Part shown: positions 7,703 through 16,164 of the stretch, one piece after another | How the letters are laid out: each line of letters starts with the position of its first letter | Position numbering within the stretch: the first letter of the stretch is position 1 | NCBI GenBank assembly: GCA_946625055.1 | Contig: CAMOSS010000001.1 | Location: forward strand, 1 to 40,785 | DNA length: 40,785 nt | Direction of reading: 5' to 3' | Origin: an uncultured Bacillales bacterium | GTDB taxonomy: Bacteria > Bacillota_I > Bacilli_A > RFN20 > CAG-826 | Made by a program: the position numbers and the translations under genes | The notes under the pieces: generated by a model | The model's database searches: none | The model's input: the letters and a program-made list of their open reading frames with translations, nothing else | What the model was told of the DNA's origin: nothing

Positions 7703-10024
7703 ATGAAGAAAAGACTATTAACATTATTATCAATTTCATGCTTTTTAATTGGGTGTGCAAAACCAAACAAAAAACCATCTGAACCAAGTGAAGATAAGGA
7801 CAATTTAGTGGAAGTTTCCATGCATTCTCATTTTGGTGTCACCGGATACAAAGACAAATGTGTTTATGATGATGGCTGGTTCTTACAAAATTCATCTGGA
7901 CTTAACTATGATTTAGCACTGATGTCTGCGATGGCCTCTGGTGCTGCATATGCTGATGGCTCTGACACCAACGGCACAAAGATTGCTAATCTTTTAGGTC
8001 AAATTGGTTTTAACAACATTCAAAAGAATACATATTATAGCGAAGGCATTAGATTAGAAGATTCCATGGGTGTTATCGTTGGTAATAAAACCATCGCTGA
8101 TAGTAGTGGAAAACAATACACACTTCTCGCTGTCTTACCAAGAAGCGCTGGTTATGGTGCGGAATGGATGGGAAACTTCAACATGGGTAAGGAAGGTATC
8201 CACGCTGGATTCCTCATGGCCAGAGATGAAATACTTCGTTTCGTGAAAAAATATATCAACACAAATAACATCAGCGGTGATATCAAAGTGTGGAGCGCTG
8301 GATATTCTAGAGGCGCAGCCGCCGCCAATCTCTTCGGTGGTTATCTTGCTGAAGATGCTTCTTATTTAGGAAGTGGAGTTAATCTTACTCCTAATGATTT
8401 ATATGTCTATACAATCGGAACCCCACGCACAATTCCTGATAATCTTAAAAAGGTTGTAACATTAAGCGTTTCTGGACCACGTGGTGAAGGATTCTTTGAT
8501 ACCGACGTCCCAGCATATACATATCAAGGTGCTGATGACTCTATTATTTTAGGTGGCGATCAATACAAAGGTATTCATAACTTTGTTGCTACTGGTGACT
8601 ATGTCACAAAACTTCCTCCAACAAACTGGACATTCACCAGATATGGAGCGACTGAAACAATTAATTATGGTGATGAAAAAATGATTCATTATTTAGAAGA
8701 AATCACTCCAGTAACCGCGAGAAGTTTTGATGAAAAAACATATTCTACAGAAATGGCTATTAAGACATTTGATTTAGAAAAATTTGAAATGGTTGAAGGC
8801 AATGAAAAGATTTCAACCGACATGTTAATCCAACAACGTCTCGATGCTTTAATGATGCTTACCTCAACACGTGCAGATTTTGTTGAAAAAGGCTACACCG
8901 ATGTTCTTGGTGCTTTAACTGCTGTCTATGGCACCGACTGGGATGGATTCTATGACGGCATTATGTCAAGTTATGGACCACTTATTAAAGCTTTCTTACT
9001 TAACTATGTGGCATTCACAAATGAAAGGCTTGAATTAAGCGATAGTGAAGCTATGGCAAAAGTCTTTATTGAATTAATGTCACTTATTGGAAAACCAGTG
9101 GAAGATCCTGAAAACTACACAGACCAAGATTTCCTTAAAGATTTATTAGATTTCTTATTTAATGATTATCAAACAGATGCAGTTGCCCAAGCACGCGCTA
9201 AGAAAATCGCAGATATGATTCCAGCTCCATATGGAGTCATCTATTTGAACGCCTTAAATTATGCAAAAGATCATAACATGAATATTGATTCTGCTGACGC
9301 ACTTATTGCTTTAGTGGCGAATTACATCCATGACAACAAAGATAACTTACTTGTTAAAGCTTTGATTGCTGCATTCGCCGGAGTGTTCCCAAGCGAATAT
9401 ATTAGTTTCATCGGTGCTATTACTGGTAAAACATACAAAGTTGAAGATTACGAAAGCGAACTTGAAATGAAAAAGACTGCTATCGTCGATGCCTTTGATT
9501 GTCTTGCTGTTGGAAAACACGATGGTGAATCTGATACCTCTCCTGAAGAAATTAGATCTAGCGTTTTGGCTCTTGCTGCTATGTATTTACAATTCATGGC
9601 CGGTGTCCCTAACTTAGCAAATATATTAGTACACGGATCCTTTGATGGCACAGCCAAAAGAGAGAGTACCCCAGTTAAACTCGATGTCCTCTGTGGCGAT
9701 ATTATTAAACTCATCGCTCCAAAAGATGCAGATAATAATCCTCTTCCATTAAAGGAAGCTGCTAATCAATCACTCATTGAATTATTAGATAAAGGTAGAA
9801 CTGAATTAAATGGTAAATTTGTGGATATCCTTAAGGATAAGCCAGAACAATTAAGAAAAGCCCTCTTTACCGTCTTGGTCTATCCAGAAGCAGAATTCAG
9901 CTTAACTAAAGAACTTAGAAATGCAATCACATTAATCGATAGAATTCAGTTCTTTGCGCCAGCCCATTACCATGAGTTATACATTTGCTTCTTAAAAGCG
10001 GAAGTTGATTCAAGAAAAAACTAA
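7703..10024 (+). CDS. Lipoprotein with N-terminal class-3-lipase-like alpha/beta hydrolase domain and a long C-terminal domain of unknown function
   Basis: Start reassigned from the GTG at 7652 to ATG 7703 (AGGAGA Shine-Dalgarno; MKKRLL...LIGC lipobox, Cys18). GxSxG nucleophile elbow in VWSAGYSRGAAAANL, with YTIGTPR downstream. Confidence 0.75.
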   Translation: MKKRLLTLLSISCFLIGCAKPNKKPSEPSEDKDNLVEVSMHSHFGVTGYKDKCVYDDGWFLQNSSGLNYDLALMSAMASGAAYADGSDTNGTKIANLLGQIGFNNIQKNTYYSEGIRLEDSMGVIVGNKTIADSSGKQYTLLAVLPRSAGYGAEWMGNFNMGKEGIHAGFLMARDEILRFVKKYINTNNISGDIKVWSAGYSRGAAAANLFGGYLAEDASYLGSGVNLTPNDLYVYTIGTPRTIPDNLKKVVTLSVSGPRGEGFFDTDVPAYTYQGADDSIILGGDQYKGIHNFVATGDYVTKLPPTNWTFTRYGATETINYGDEKMIHYLEEITPVTARSFDEKTYSTEMAIKTFDLEKFEMVEGNEKISTDMLIQQRLDALMMLTSTRADFVEKGYTDVLGALTAVYGTDWDGFYDGIMSSYGPLIKAFLLNYVAFTNERLELSDSEAMAKVFIELMSLIGKPVEDPENYTDQDFLKDLLDFLFNDYQTDAVAQARAKKIADMIPAPYGVIYLNALNYAKDHNMNIDSADALIALVANYIHDNKDNLLVKALIAAFAGVFPSEYISFIGAITGKTYKVEDYESELEMKKTAIVDAFDCLAVGKHDGESDTSPEEIRSSVLALAAMYLQFMAGVPNLANILVHGSFDGTAKRESTPVKLDVLCGDIIKLIAPKDADNNPLPLKEAANQSLIELLDKGRTELNGKFVDILKDKPEQLRKALFTVLVYPEAEFSLTKELRNAITLIDRIQFFAPAHYHELYICFLKAEVDSRKN

Positions 10025-10047
10025 GTCGTCTTAAATGACGGCTTTTT
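10023..10047 (+). terminator. Rho-independent terminator overlapping the stop codon
   Basis: Stem AAGTCGTC/GACGGCTT followed by T5. Confidence 0.7.
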
Positions 10048-10105
10048 CTTATAATCTTTGAAGATTAAAAGTTGTTATAATACTGATATGAAGGAGTGAC
10101 ATATT

Positions 10106-10885
10106 ATGAAAATTCCTAGTCCTGGTCTTGGTTTTTGGCAAATTTCAAAAGAAGACGCGAAAAGAGTTTTTATCGAAGGATATGAAGTTGGCTATAGACA
10201 CTTTGACACCGCGATAGCGTATAGAAATGAAAGCGAAATTGGTGAGGCTATTAAAGAGCTTAATCTTAAAAGGGAAGATTATTGGATTACTTCCAAAATT
10301 CCTGCTGAAATAAAAAATTATAAAGATGCGAAGAAAGCCATCGATGAATCTTTACAAAGACTCGGAGTTGAGTATTTAGATTTAATGTTAATTCACGCTC
10401 CAAAACCATGGGCTTTAATGTTCTTACCTGGCCCAAGATTCCATAAGGGAAATCGTGAAGTTTGGAGAGCGATGGTGGAAGCCAAACAAGAAGGCAAAAT
10501 TAAGAACCTTGGTGTCTCAAATTTCAACATTGAAGATATTAAAAACATCACCGATTATTCTGACGAACCAATTTATGCAAATCAAATATTAATTCACATA
10601 GGGCATGTCACTAAAAATGTCATTGATTATTGTCACCAAAACAACATCATTGTTGAAGCTTATTCACCTCTTGGAGTAGGAAAATTAATTGATAATGAAC
10701 AAATCAAAAAGATAGCGGAAAAATATAACGTTTCTCCTGCTAGAGTTTGTATCAAATACGTCAATGAATTAGACACAATCCCTCTTCCAAGAAGTAGAAG
10801 CAAAAATCACATGCAAGATAACTTCAATTTTGAATTTGAACTTTCAAAAGAAGATAAAGAATATCTTGATTCGCTCAAAATATAA
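10106..10885 (+). CDS. Aldo/keto reductase
   Basis: GYRHFDTAIAYRNE (Asp/Tyr), SKI (Lys) and LIHAP (His) form the catalytic tetrad context. AAGGAG Shine-Dalgarno; TGtTATAAT at 10073-10081. Confidence 0.85.
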   Translation: MKIPSPGLGFWQISKEDAKRVFIEGYEVGYRHFDTAIAYRNESEIGEAIKELNLKREDYWITSKIPAEIKNYKDAKKAIDESLQRLGVEYLDLMLIHAPKPWALMFLPGPRFHKGNREVWRAMVEAKQEGKIKNLGVSNFNIEDIKNITDYSDEPIYANQILIHIGHVTKNVIDYCHQNNIIVEAYSPLGVGKLIDNEQIKKIAEKYNVSPARVCIKYVNELDTIPLPRSRSKNHMQDNFNFEFELSKEDKEYLDSLKI

Positions 10886-10911
10886 TTACAACCCATCAAA
10901 TTTAAATCTTT

Positions 10912-10920
10912 TGTTATAAT
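10912..10920 (+). promoter_or_regulatory. Extended -10 promoter (TGtTATAAT) 8 nt before the ATG; leaderless-type
   Basis: TGTTATAAT at 10912-10920 and ATG at 10929, with no Shine-Dalgarno. Confidence 0.5.
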
Positions 10921-10928
10921 GCTTTCAT

Positions 10929-11711
10929 ATGAATTTTTACGATAGTAGAGACTGGTTAAATAGAGAACCTCCATATGCCTTTCAGTGGGACCATTTATTA
11001 TTTGTTTTTCTTGGCCTCGCAATCGGTGTCTTTTTAGCCCTTTTCTTAAGAAAAAAGAGCAAGAACATCGTTAAGATAGTCATTATTTCATTATGGGCAT
11101 TTGGAACGGCAGTTGTCTTTTCCTATTATTTAGTGACATACATTTTATGTATTGTGGATCCAAGTGGACACCCATTTCAAATCGATGGAATGCTCCCGTT
11201 CCATAGTTGTTTGATGTTTATGTATGTATTTCCAATTGCAATGTTTGCGAAGAACAAAACAATCAAGTTAATGGCGAACTCTTTTATCGTCATCGTTAAT
11301 ATGATTATCGGTTTTATTACATTGTTTGTGGGCTGCCCACCAGCAGGATCCTCAACATTAACATTCGTCGGTTTGCAATCTTTGATTATTCACATAATTA
11401 TTGTAATTGTTCCACTCATTATGATTGTGACTGGATACTATGATATTCAAAAAGAAGATCTCAAATATGGTTTGTTACTATTTGGAATCTTATCTATTGT
11501 CATGTGGACATTTGACGCTTTAGCGGGGTGTGACTATTTCTATTTCTATGACGGACATACATTCCCTGTCTTCTCATTTATTTCAGATAATGTGCCAAAT
11601 ATTGTCTGGACATTAATTGTCGTCACTTGTTATGTTTTAACTGGCATTATTATTCATTATTTGATTATTGGAATTAAAACTTTGGTTCATAAAAAACAAA
11701 AGTCAGAATAA
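10929..11711 (+). CDS. Polytopic membrane protein, YwaF/TP0381 (TMEM164-like) family, paralog B
   Basis: Same length class and same MNFY...F-W-HLL N-terminus as 4349-5146, with a similar hydrophobic pattern. Confidence 0.55.
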   Translation: MNFYDSRDWLNREPPYAFQWDHLLFVFLGLAIGVFLALFLRKKSKNIVKIVIISLWAFGTAVVFSYYLVTYILCIVDPSGHPFQIDGMLPFHSCLMFMYVFPIAMFAKNKTIKLMANSFIVIVNMIIGFITLFVGCPPAGSSTLTFVGLQSLIIHIIIVIVPLIMIVTGYYDIQKEDLKYGLLLFGILSIVMWTFDALAGCDYFYFYDGHTFPVFSFISDNVPNIVWTLIVVTCYVLTGIIIHYLIIGIKTLVHKKQKSE

Positions 11712-11763
11712 GTTTATAACATTGTAAGAGATGAATGGAATGCATTAAAGGAGAGCAATAAAT

Positions 11764-12975
11764 ATGTGCTGGTTTATGAAAAAATGTTGGTACCGTGTAT
11801 GCCAAAAAACATTAAAATTCGCGATGCGTTTTATGAACTGGAAAGAACCAGAACTTCTTGAAGGAGAAGGAGCGGTTCTTAAGCTTCCAGAATTTATAAA
11901 AAATAAAGGCATCAATAGAGTTTTAGTCGTTACAGATAAAGGCTTAATGGGTCTTCATTTGCTCGACCCTATGTTTAATAAACTAAAAGAACAAGAAATC
12001 GAATATTTCATCTATGATGGAGTCCAGCCAAATCCAACCATTCCTAACATTGAAGAATGCAAAGAGATGTATTTAAAAAATAATTGTGAAGGTATTATCG
12101 CTTTTGGTGGTGGCTCTCCAATGGACTGTGCGAAAGCGGCCGGTGCGAGAGTCGTTAAACCAAGACAATCGGTGAGAAAAATGAGAGGATACCTCAAGGT
12201 AGGAAAGAAACTCCCTCCATTCTTCGCCGTTCCTACAACTGCGGGTACTGGTTCTGAAATTACTTTAGCCGCGGTGGTCACAGATCCTGAAACACATGAA
12301 AAGAACGCAATCGCTGATCCATGCTTAAGACCAAAGTATGCGGTTCTTGATCCAGCCTTAACAGTGGGGCTCCCTCCACACATTACTTCCACAACCGGTA
12401 TGGATGCTTATACACATGCAGTGGAAGCGTATATCGGTAAGAGCAATGTCAAATCTACGATTAGATATGCTGAAGACGCGACAAAACTCATTCACGAAAA
12501 CCTTGAAAAGGCTTATAACAACGGCAAAGACATGGAAGCTAGAGCGAATATGCTCAAAGGTTCATATTATGCCGGAGCAGCCTTCACACGCGCTTTCGTT
12601 GGGTACGTGCATGCAATTGCCCACAATTTAGGTGGTATGTATAACACCCCACATGGTTTAGCAAATGCGGTCATCCTTCCATATGTTTTAGATTGGTATG
12701 GACCAGCTGCTTATCCAAGACTCGCCAAATTAGCGGACATCATTGGTATCACAAATGAAAATATGTCAGTGGAAGAAAAAGGCAAAGCCTTCATTGAAGA
12801 GATTAGAAGAATGAATAAGGCAATGAATATTCCTGATAAGTTTGATTTTATCAAAGAAGAAGATATTCCAACCCTTGTTCAAAGAGCCCTTAAAGAAGGA
12901 AACCCTGGATATCCAGTTCCAAAAATTATGAACAAAAAAGACTGTGAATCAGTCATCCGTTCAATTATGAAATAA
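11764..12975 (+). CDS. Iron-containing (group III) alcohol dehydrogenase
   Basis: GGGSPMDCAKA motif and His clusters HAVEAY / HAIAHNLGG. GGAGAG Shine-Dalgarno 8 nt upstream. Confidence 0.85.
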   Translation: MCWFMKKCWYRVCQKTLKFAMRFMNWKEPELLEGEGAVLKLPEFIKNKGINRVLVVTDKGLMGLHLLDPMFNKLKEQEIEYFIYDGVQPNPTIPNIEECKEMYLKNNCEGIIAFGGGSPMDCAKAAGARVVKPRQSVRKMRGYLKVGKKLPPFFAVPTTAGTGSEITLAAVVTDPETHEKNAIADPCLRPKYAVLDPALTVGLPPHITSTTGMDAYTHAVEAYIGKSNVKSTIRYAEDATKLIHENLEKAYNNGKDMEARANMLKGSYYAGAAFTRAFVGYVHAIAHNLGGMYNTPHGLANAVILPYVLDWYGPAAYPRLAKLADIIGITNENMSVEEKGKAFIEEIRRMNKAMNIPDKFDFIKEEDIPTLVQRALKEGNPGYPVPKIMNKKDCESVIRSIMK

Positions 12976-12994
12976 GCCATCAAATAATGGCTTA
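12973..12994. terminator. Hairpin between convergent genes (bidirectional terminator candidate)
   Basis: Stem TAAGCCAT/ATGGCTTA with a 6-nt loop. The flanks are AT-rich rather than clean T-runs. Confidence 0.45.
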
Positions 12995-12996
12995 TA

Positions 12997-14250
12997 TTAT
13001 TCACCCATGAATGATTTCAATGGTCTAATTATTGCTTCTTCTTCACCGTCTGAAGTGACGAAGTATTGAATAACTATATTGGAGTTGGTGTTTATGACAT
13101 TGAATGTGATAAACATCTTTTCTTTCTTTTTAAGTTCAATATTTCCGGTTGATGATCCGGCTGAAACAACATCGATGTCCTTGATATTTGTGATATATGG
13201 CACGTGTCTATGACCGTGCAATACGAGATGAACATTATTTTCATTAAGCCATTTGATGAATTCATCTTTATCAACAAGAGTTTGAGTCTTTTCGTTATAA
13301 AGAACTTTTCTAATCAACCCACCTTTATATTGCTTTGGAGATGGGATGACAGCAATGTGGTGGTGGAGCAAGGCCACTAATCTATATTCATCGATATTAA
13401 TTTTCGTTCCTAATAAATTTAGTTCATTATCCATTTGAAGCATTTGCTCTTTTCCAATCTTTCCTTTGGCCAGAGCAAGCTTCCCATCTGGTTCGTTAGA
13501 ATTGAATAAAAGTAAGGCAATTTTATTCTCTTCAAGAAGGGTGATATCAGGATATTTTTGGAATGAGGAAAAGAGATTTCTTGCCCCTCTTGTGACAGCA
13601 ATTCCACTCGCATCGACATCGTGGTTACCAGGAACAATAATGACCTCGTGATGGCTGATTTTTTCTAAAAAACCCTTAAAATCCGCGTATTTTTCAATAT
13701 TTTGTGGATTTGGTGAATCACAAAGATCGCCTGTAATAATAAAGTCTACCTTATTATTTTTCACTTTTTCTTTGAGAGTGTCTTTTAATAAATCGATGTT
13801 TTTAACAATGGCTTTATTCCCAAGATGGAGATCGCTCAAGTGAAATAAGGTTGAACCACTTTCTTCATTCTTATCTATCTTCTCTTTAATGAGTTTCAAA
13901 GATTTTTTAGGAAGTAGTTTTATGACTTCGTTTATTTGATCTGGCTTACTGATTTTTATAGAGACTTGTTCGTTTTTTCTCATGATAAAAAGACTTTGCT
14001 CAGAAGCATTGAAGAGAAACTTTTCCATGATAGGAGAAAGACCTTCTAACCTTGTTTCTTTTTTGATATCAGAGATGATAAAAAATGCGATGTTATCGTT
14101 TAAAACAGTTTTATCGAGTTTCTTTGGCAATCTGAGTTTTGCAAAAGCGAAAACTAAGAAGCTATAATGCTCGAACAAATTCTCTTCTTTCGTTTTCTCG
14201 TTAAGCTCAGTAATGTTTGATTGTATTAGCACGAGTTCATTGTATATCAC
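12997..14250 (-). CDS. Calcineurin-like metallophosphoesterase with an unassigned N-terminal domain of about 130 aa
   Basis: Motifs LSDLHLG, ITGDLCD, VPGNHD, LLHHH and LHGHRH. The annotated start is GTG (14250). An alternative GTG at 14232 sits 6 nt after a TACAAT hexamer. Confidence 0.75.
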   Translation of the reverse strand: MIYNELVLIQSNITELNEKTKEENLFEHYSFLVFAFAKLRLPKKLDKTVLNDNIAFFIISDIKKETRLEGLSPIMEKFLFNASEQSLFIMRKNEQVSIKISKPDQINEVIKLLPKKSLKLIKEKIDKNEESGSTLFHLSDLHLGNKAIVKNIDLLKDTLKEKVKNNKVDFIITGDLCDSPNPQNIEKYADFKGFLEKISHHEVIIVPGNHDVDASGIAVTRGARNLFSSFQKYPDITLLEENKIALLLFNSNEPDGKLALAKGKIGKEQMLQMDNELNLLGTKINIDEYRLVALLHHHIAVIPSPKQYKGGLIRKVLYNEKTQTLVDKDEFIKWLNENNVHLVLHGHRHVPYITNIKDIDVVSAGSSTGNIELKKKEKMFITFNVINTNSNIVIQYFVTSDGEEEAIIRPLKSFMGE

Positions 14251-14358
14251 TACATTTACAAAATCAAAAATGCAGATTAGTGTTTAAAATATATTTTAGT
14301 CATTGTTTAGATAGGATAATTGTGATAAGTTAATAATGCTTATTCGGAGGAAATTATA

Positions 14359-16026
14359 ATGAGAACAAGCTCTTCAAGGAATAACACCTTTGAAGGTAAC
14401 AACGTTCCAACCTTAACAAAAATACTTTTCCCATGGTCAGGTATTTTCCGTGACGCTTGTTATGCTTTAATTGGTACATTCTTAATGCAATACGCGATTA
14501 CATCTGGCGTATTGTCCTCAAATCCTGACACATTCAAGGCTCAATATGGTGTTATCACTGTCGCCATGATCATCGCCTTAGTTTGGGATGGTATCAACGA
14601 TCCTATTATGGGATTCATTCTTGAAAAATGTCATTTCAAGAGTGGAAAATTCAGACCATGGATTGAAATTGGCGCTATCGGTAATGCCGCTGTCGTCATC
14701 TGTATGTTCTTGATGCCTGCATTATTCTCTGGCCTTAGAGGTTGGGGATATGTTGTCTTCATGATCATCATGTACGTCTTATGGGATGCATTCTTCTCAA
14801 TGAACGACATTGGTTACTGGTCAATGCTTCCTGCTTTGACAAATGACGCTGGCCAAAGAGCCAAACTTACAACATACACAGCTATCGCTGCTTCTGTTGG
14901 TACATTCATCATGAACATCATGATGTTCGTCTTACCAGGTATGATGAAGTCAGTCATTATTATTTATGAATTTGCCGCTATCGGTGTGGCAGCCTTATTC
15001 TTAGCATCACAAACCGCTATTTACTTCTTCTGTAAAGAAAAAGTCCGTGATGCCGAACAAGAAGAAATCAGTGAAAACTCTTCTATCATCGACTTATTTA
15101 GAGTCGTCAAAAAGAACAAACAATTATTATTTGCAGCATTAGGTATGCTCCTTTACTACTTAGGATCATTCATCTTAACTGGTATTGGTCAAAACTACTT
15201 CTACATGGTCTATGGCTATGGTGGTGCTCAAGGTGGTATGGTCGCGACAGTTATCGCTGCCTTCTATGTCTTAGCAACCGTTGTCAGCCAAGCTTTCTAT
15301 CCAATGCTTGCCAAGAGATTTAAGAAGAAACAAATCTTAACAGCTTCTGCGATTGTTATCTTCCTCGCTTACTTAGCATTCTTCTTCATTGCCTTCCCAG
15401 TGTTTGGTGAACACCCAATCGCTTGGAATACTCCAGATCCAACAAATGGCTTTGGATGGGTATTCGGTGGCACAATGTCATTACTTTACGTAATGTCCTT
15501 CTTATTCTTCGGTGCCTCAGGTATCTTCTATCTCGCCGTCTTAGTTATGTTCCAAGACGCTATCGACTATGGTGAATTAACCACAGGCGAAAGAAAAGAA
15601 TCTATCTGTTTCGCATGGAGACCATTAGATGTTAAAATCGCTTCTGGCTTAAACAGAGGTTTACAATATCTCGTTTATGTTGCTACAGGAACATACGCCG
15701 CTATCAACATCATCTCCACAATGGAAGGTGACAAGAACGCTTACATTAACTCAGATGCATACAAGGCATTAACACCTGAAGAACAAGCTCAATACGATTT
15801 ACAATTCGTCCACGATGTTGACGATGCAGTTAACGCTAGCCGTGCATCACTTGTTGGTTTCGGTGCCATTGTTATCGGTGTCATTCTCTTAGTCTTCGCT
15901 GGATCTTATGTCTTATGCAGATTCTGCTACAAGTTAGATGAAGACAAAGTTAAAGAAGTCGTCGCTGAACTTGAAGCAAAACACGCTGCAGATAAAGCTG
16001 CTCATGAAGCAGAAGTTCAAGCCTAA
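14359..16026 (+). CDS. Glycoside-pentoside-hexuronide (GPH/MelB-like) cation symporter
   Basis: GPH signature WDGINDPIMG and a 12-TM-type profile. GGAGG Shine-Dalgarno. Confidence 0.8.
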   Translation: MRTSSSRNNTFEGNNVPTLTKILFPWSGIFRDACYALIGTFLMQYAITSGVLSSNPDTFKAQYGVITVAMIIALVWDGINDPIMGFILEKCHFKSGKFRPWIEIGAIGNAAVVICMFLMPALFSGLRGWGYVVFMIIMYVLWDAFFSMNDIGYWSMLPALTNDAGQRAKLTTYTAIAASVGTFIMNIMMFVLPGMMKSVIIIYEFAAIGVAALFLASQTAIYFFCKEKVRDAEQEEISENSSIIDLFRVVKKNKQLLFAALGMLLYYLGSFILTGIGQNYFYMVYGYGGAQGGMVATVIAAFYVLATVVSQAFYPMLAKRFKKKQILTASAIVIFLAYLAFFFIAFPVFGEHPIAWNTPDPTNGFGWVFGGTMSLLYVMSFLFFGASGIFYLAVLVMFQDAIDYGELTTGERKESICFAWRPLDVKIASGLNRGLQYLVYVATGTYAAINIISTMEGDKNAYINSDAYKALTPEEQAQYDLQFVHDVDDAVNASRASLVGFGAIVIGVILLVFAGSYVLCRFCYKLDEDKVKEVVAELEAKHAADKAAHEAEVQA

Positions 16027-16043
16027 TTTAGAGGTTAAATAAT

Positions 16044-16076
16044 AAAGCATGGAGTTTATCTTCATGCTTTTTTCTT
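16044..16076 (+). terminator. Rho-independent terminator
   Basis: Stem AAAGCATGGAG/CTTCATGCTTT followed by a T-run. Confidence 0.7.
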
Positions 16077-16164
16077 TTTTACCTACATTAAAATATTCCT
16101 TAGTTTATAGTTTATAAATTGAAACAATTTAAGTATAATAATTATCACCAGGCTAGGTGTATTT

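Noticed and set aside
12012-12392. 126-aa antisense ORF inside the alcohol dehydrogenase gene. Similar antisense or alternate-frame ORFs occur at 366-578, 2426-2680, 5384-5665, 9448-9714, 17136-17357, 18280-18558, 26264-26547, 30209-30550, 31641-31904, 32122-32457, 34002-34364 and 35352-35657.
   Set aside because: Each lies wholly within a well-supported gene on the other strand or in another frame. They lack a Shine-Dalgarno or promoter and have odd composition. This is typical of stop-poor antisense frames.
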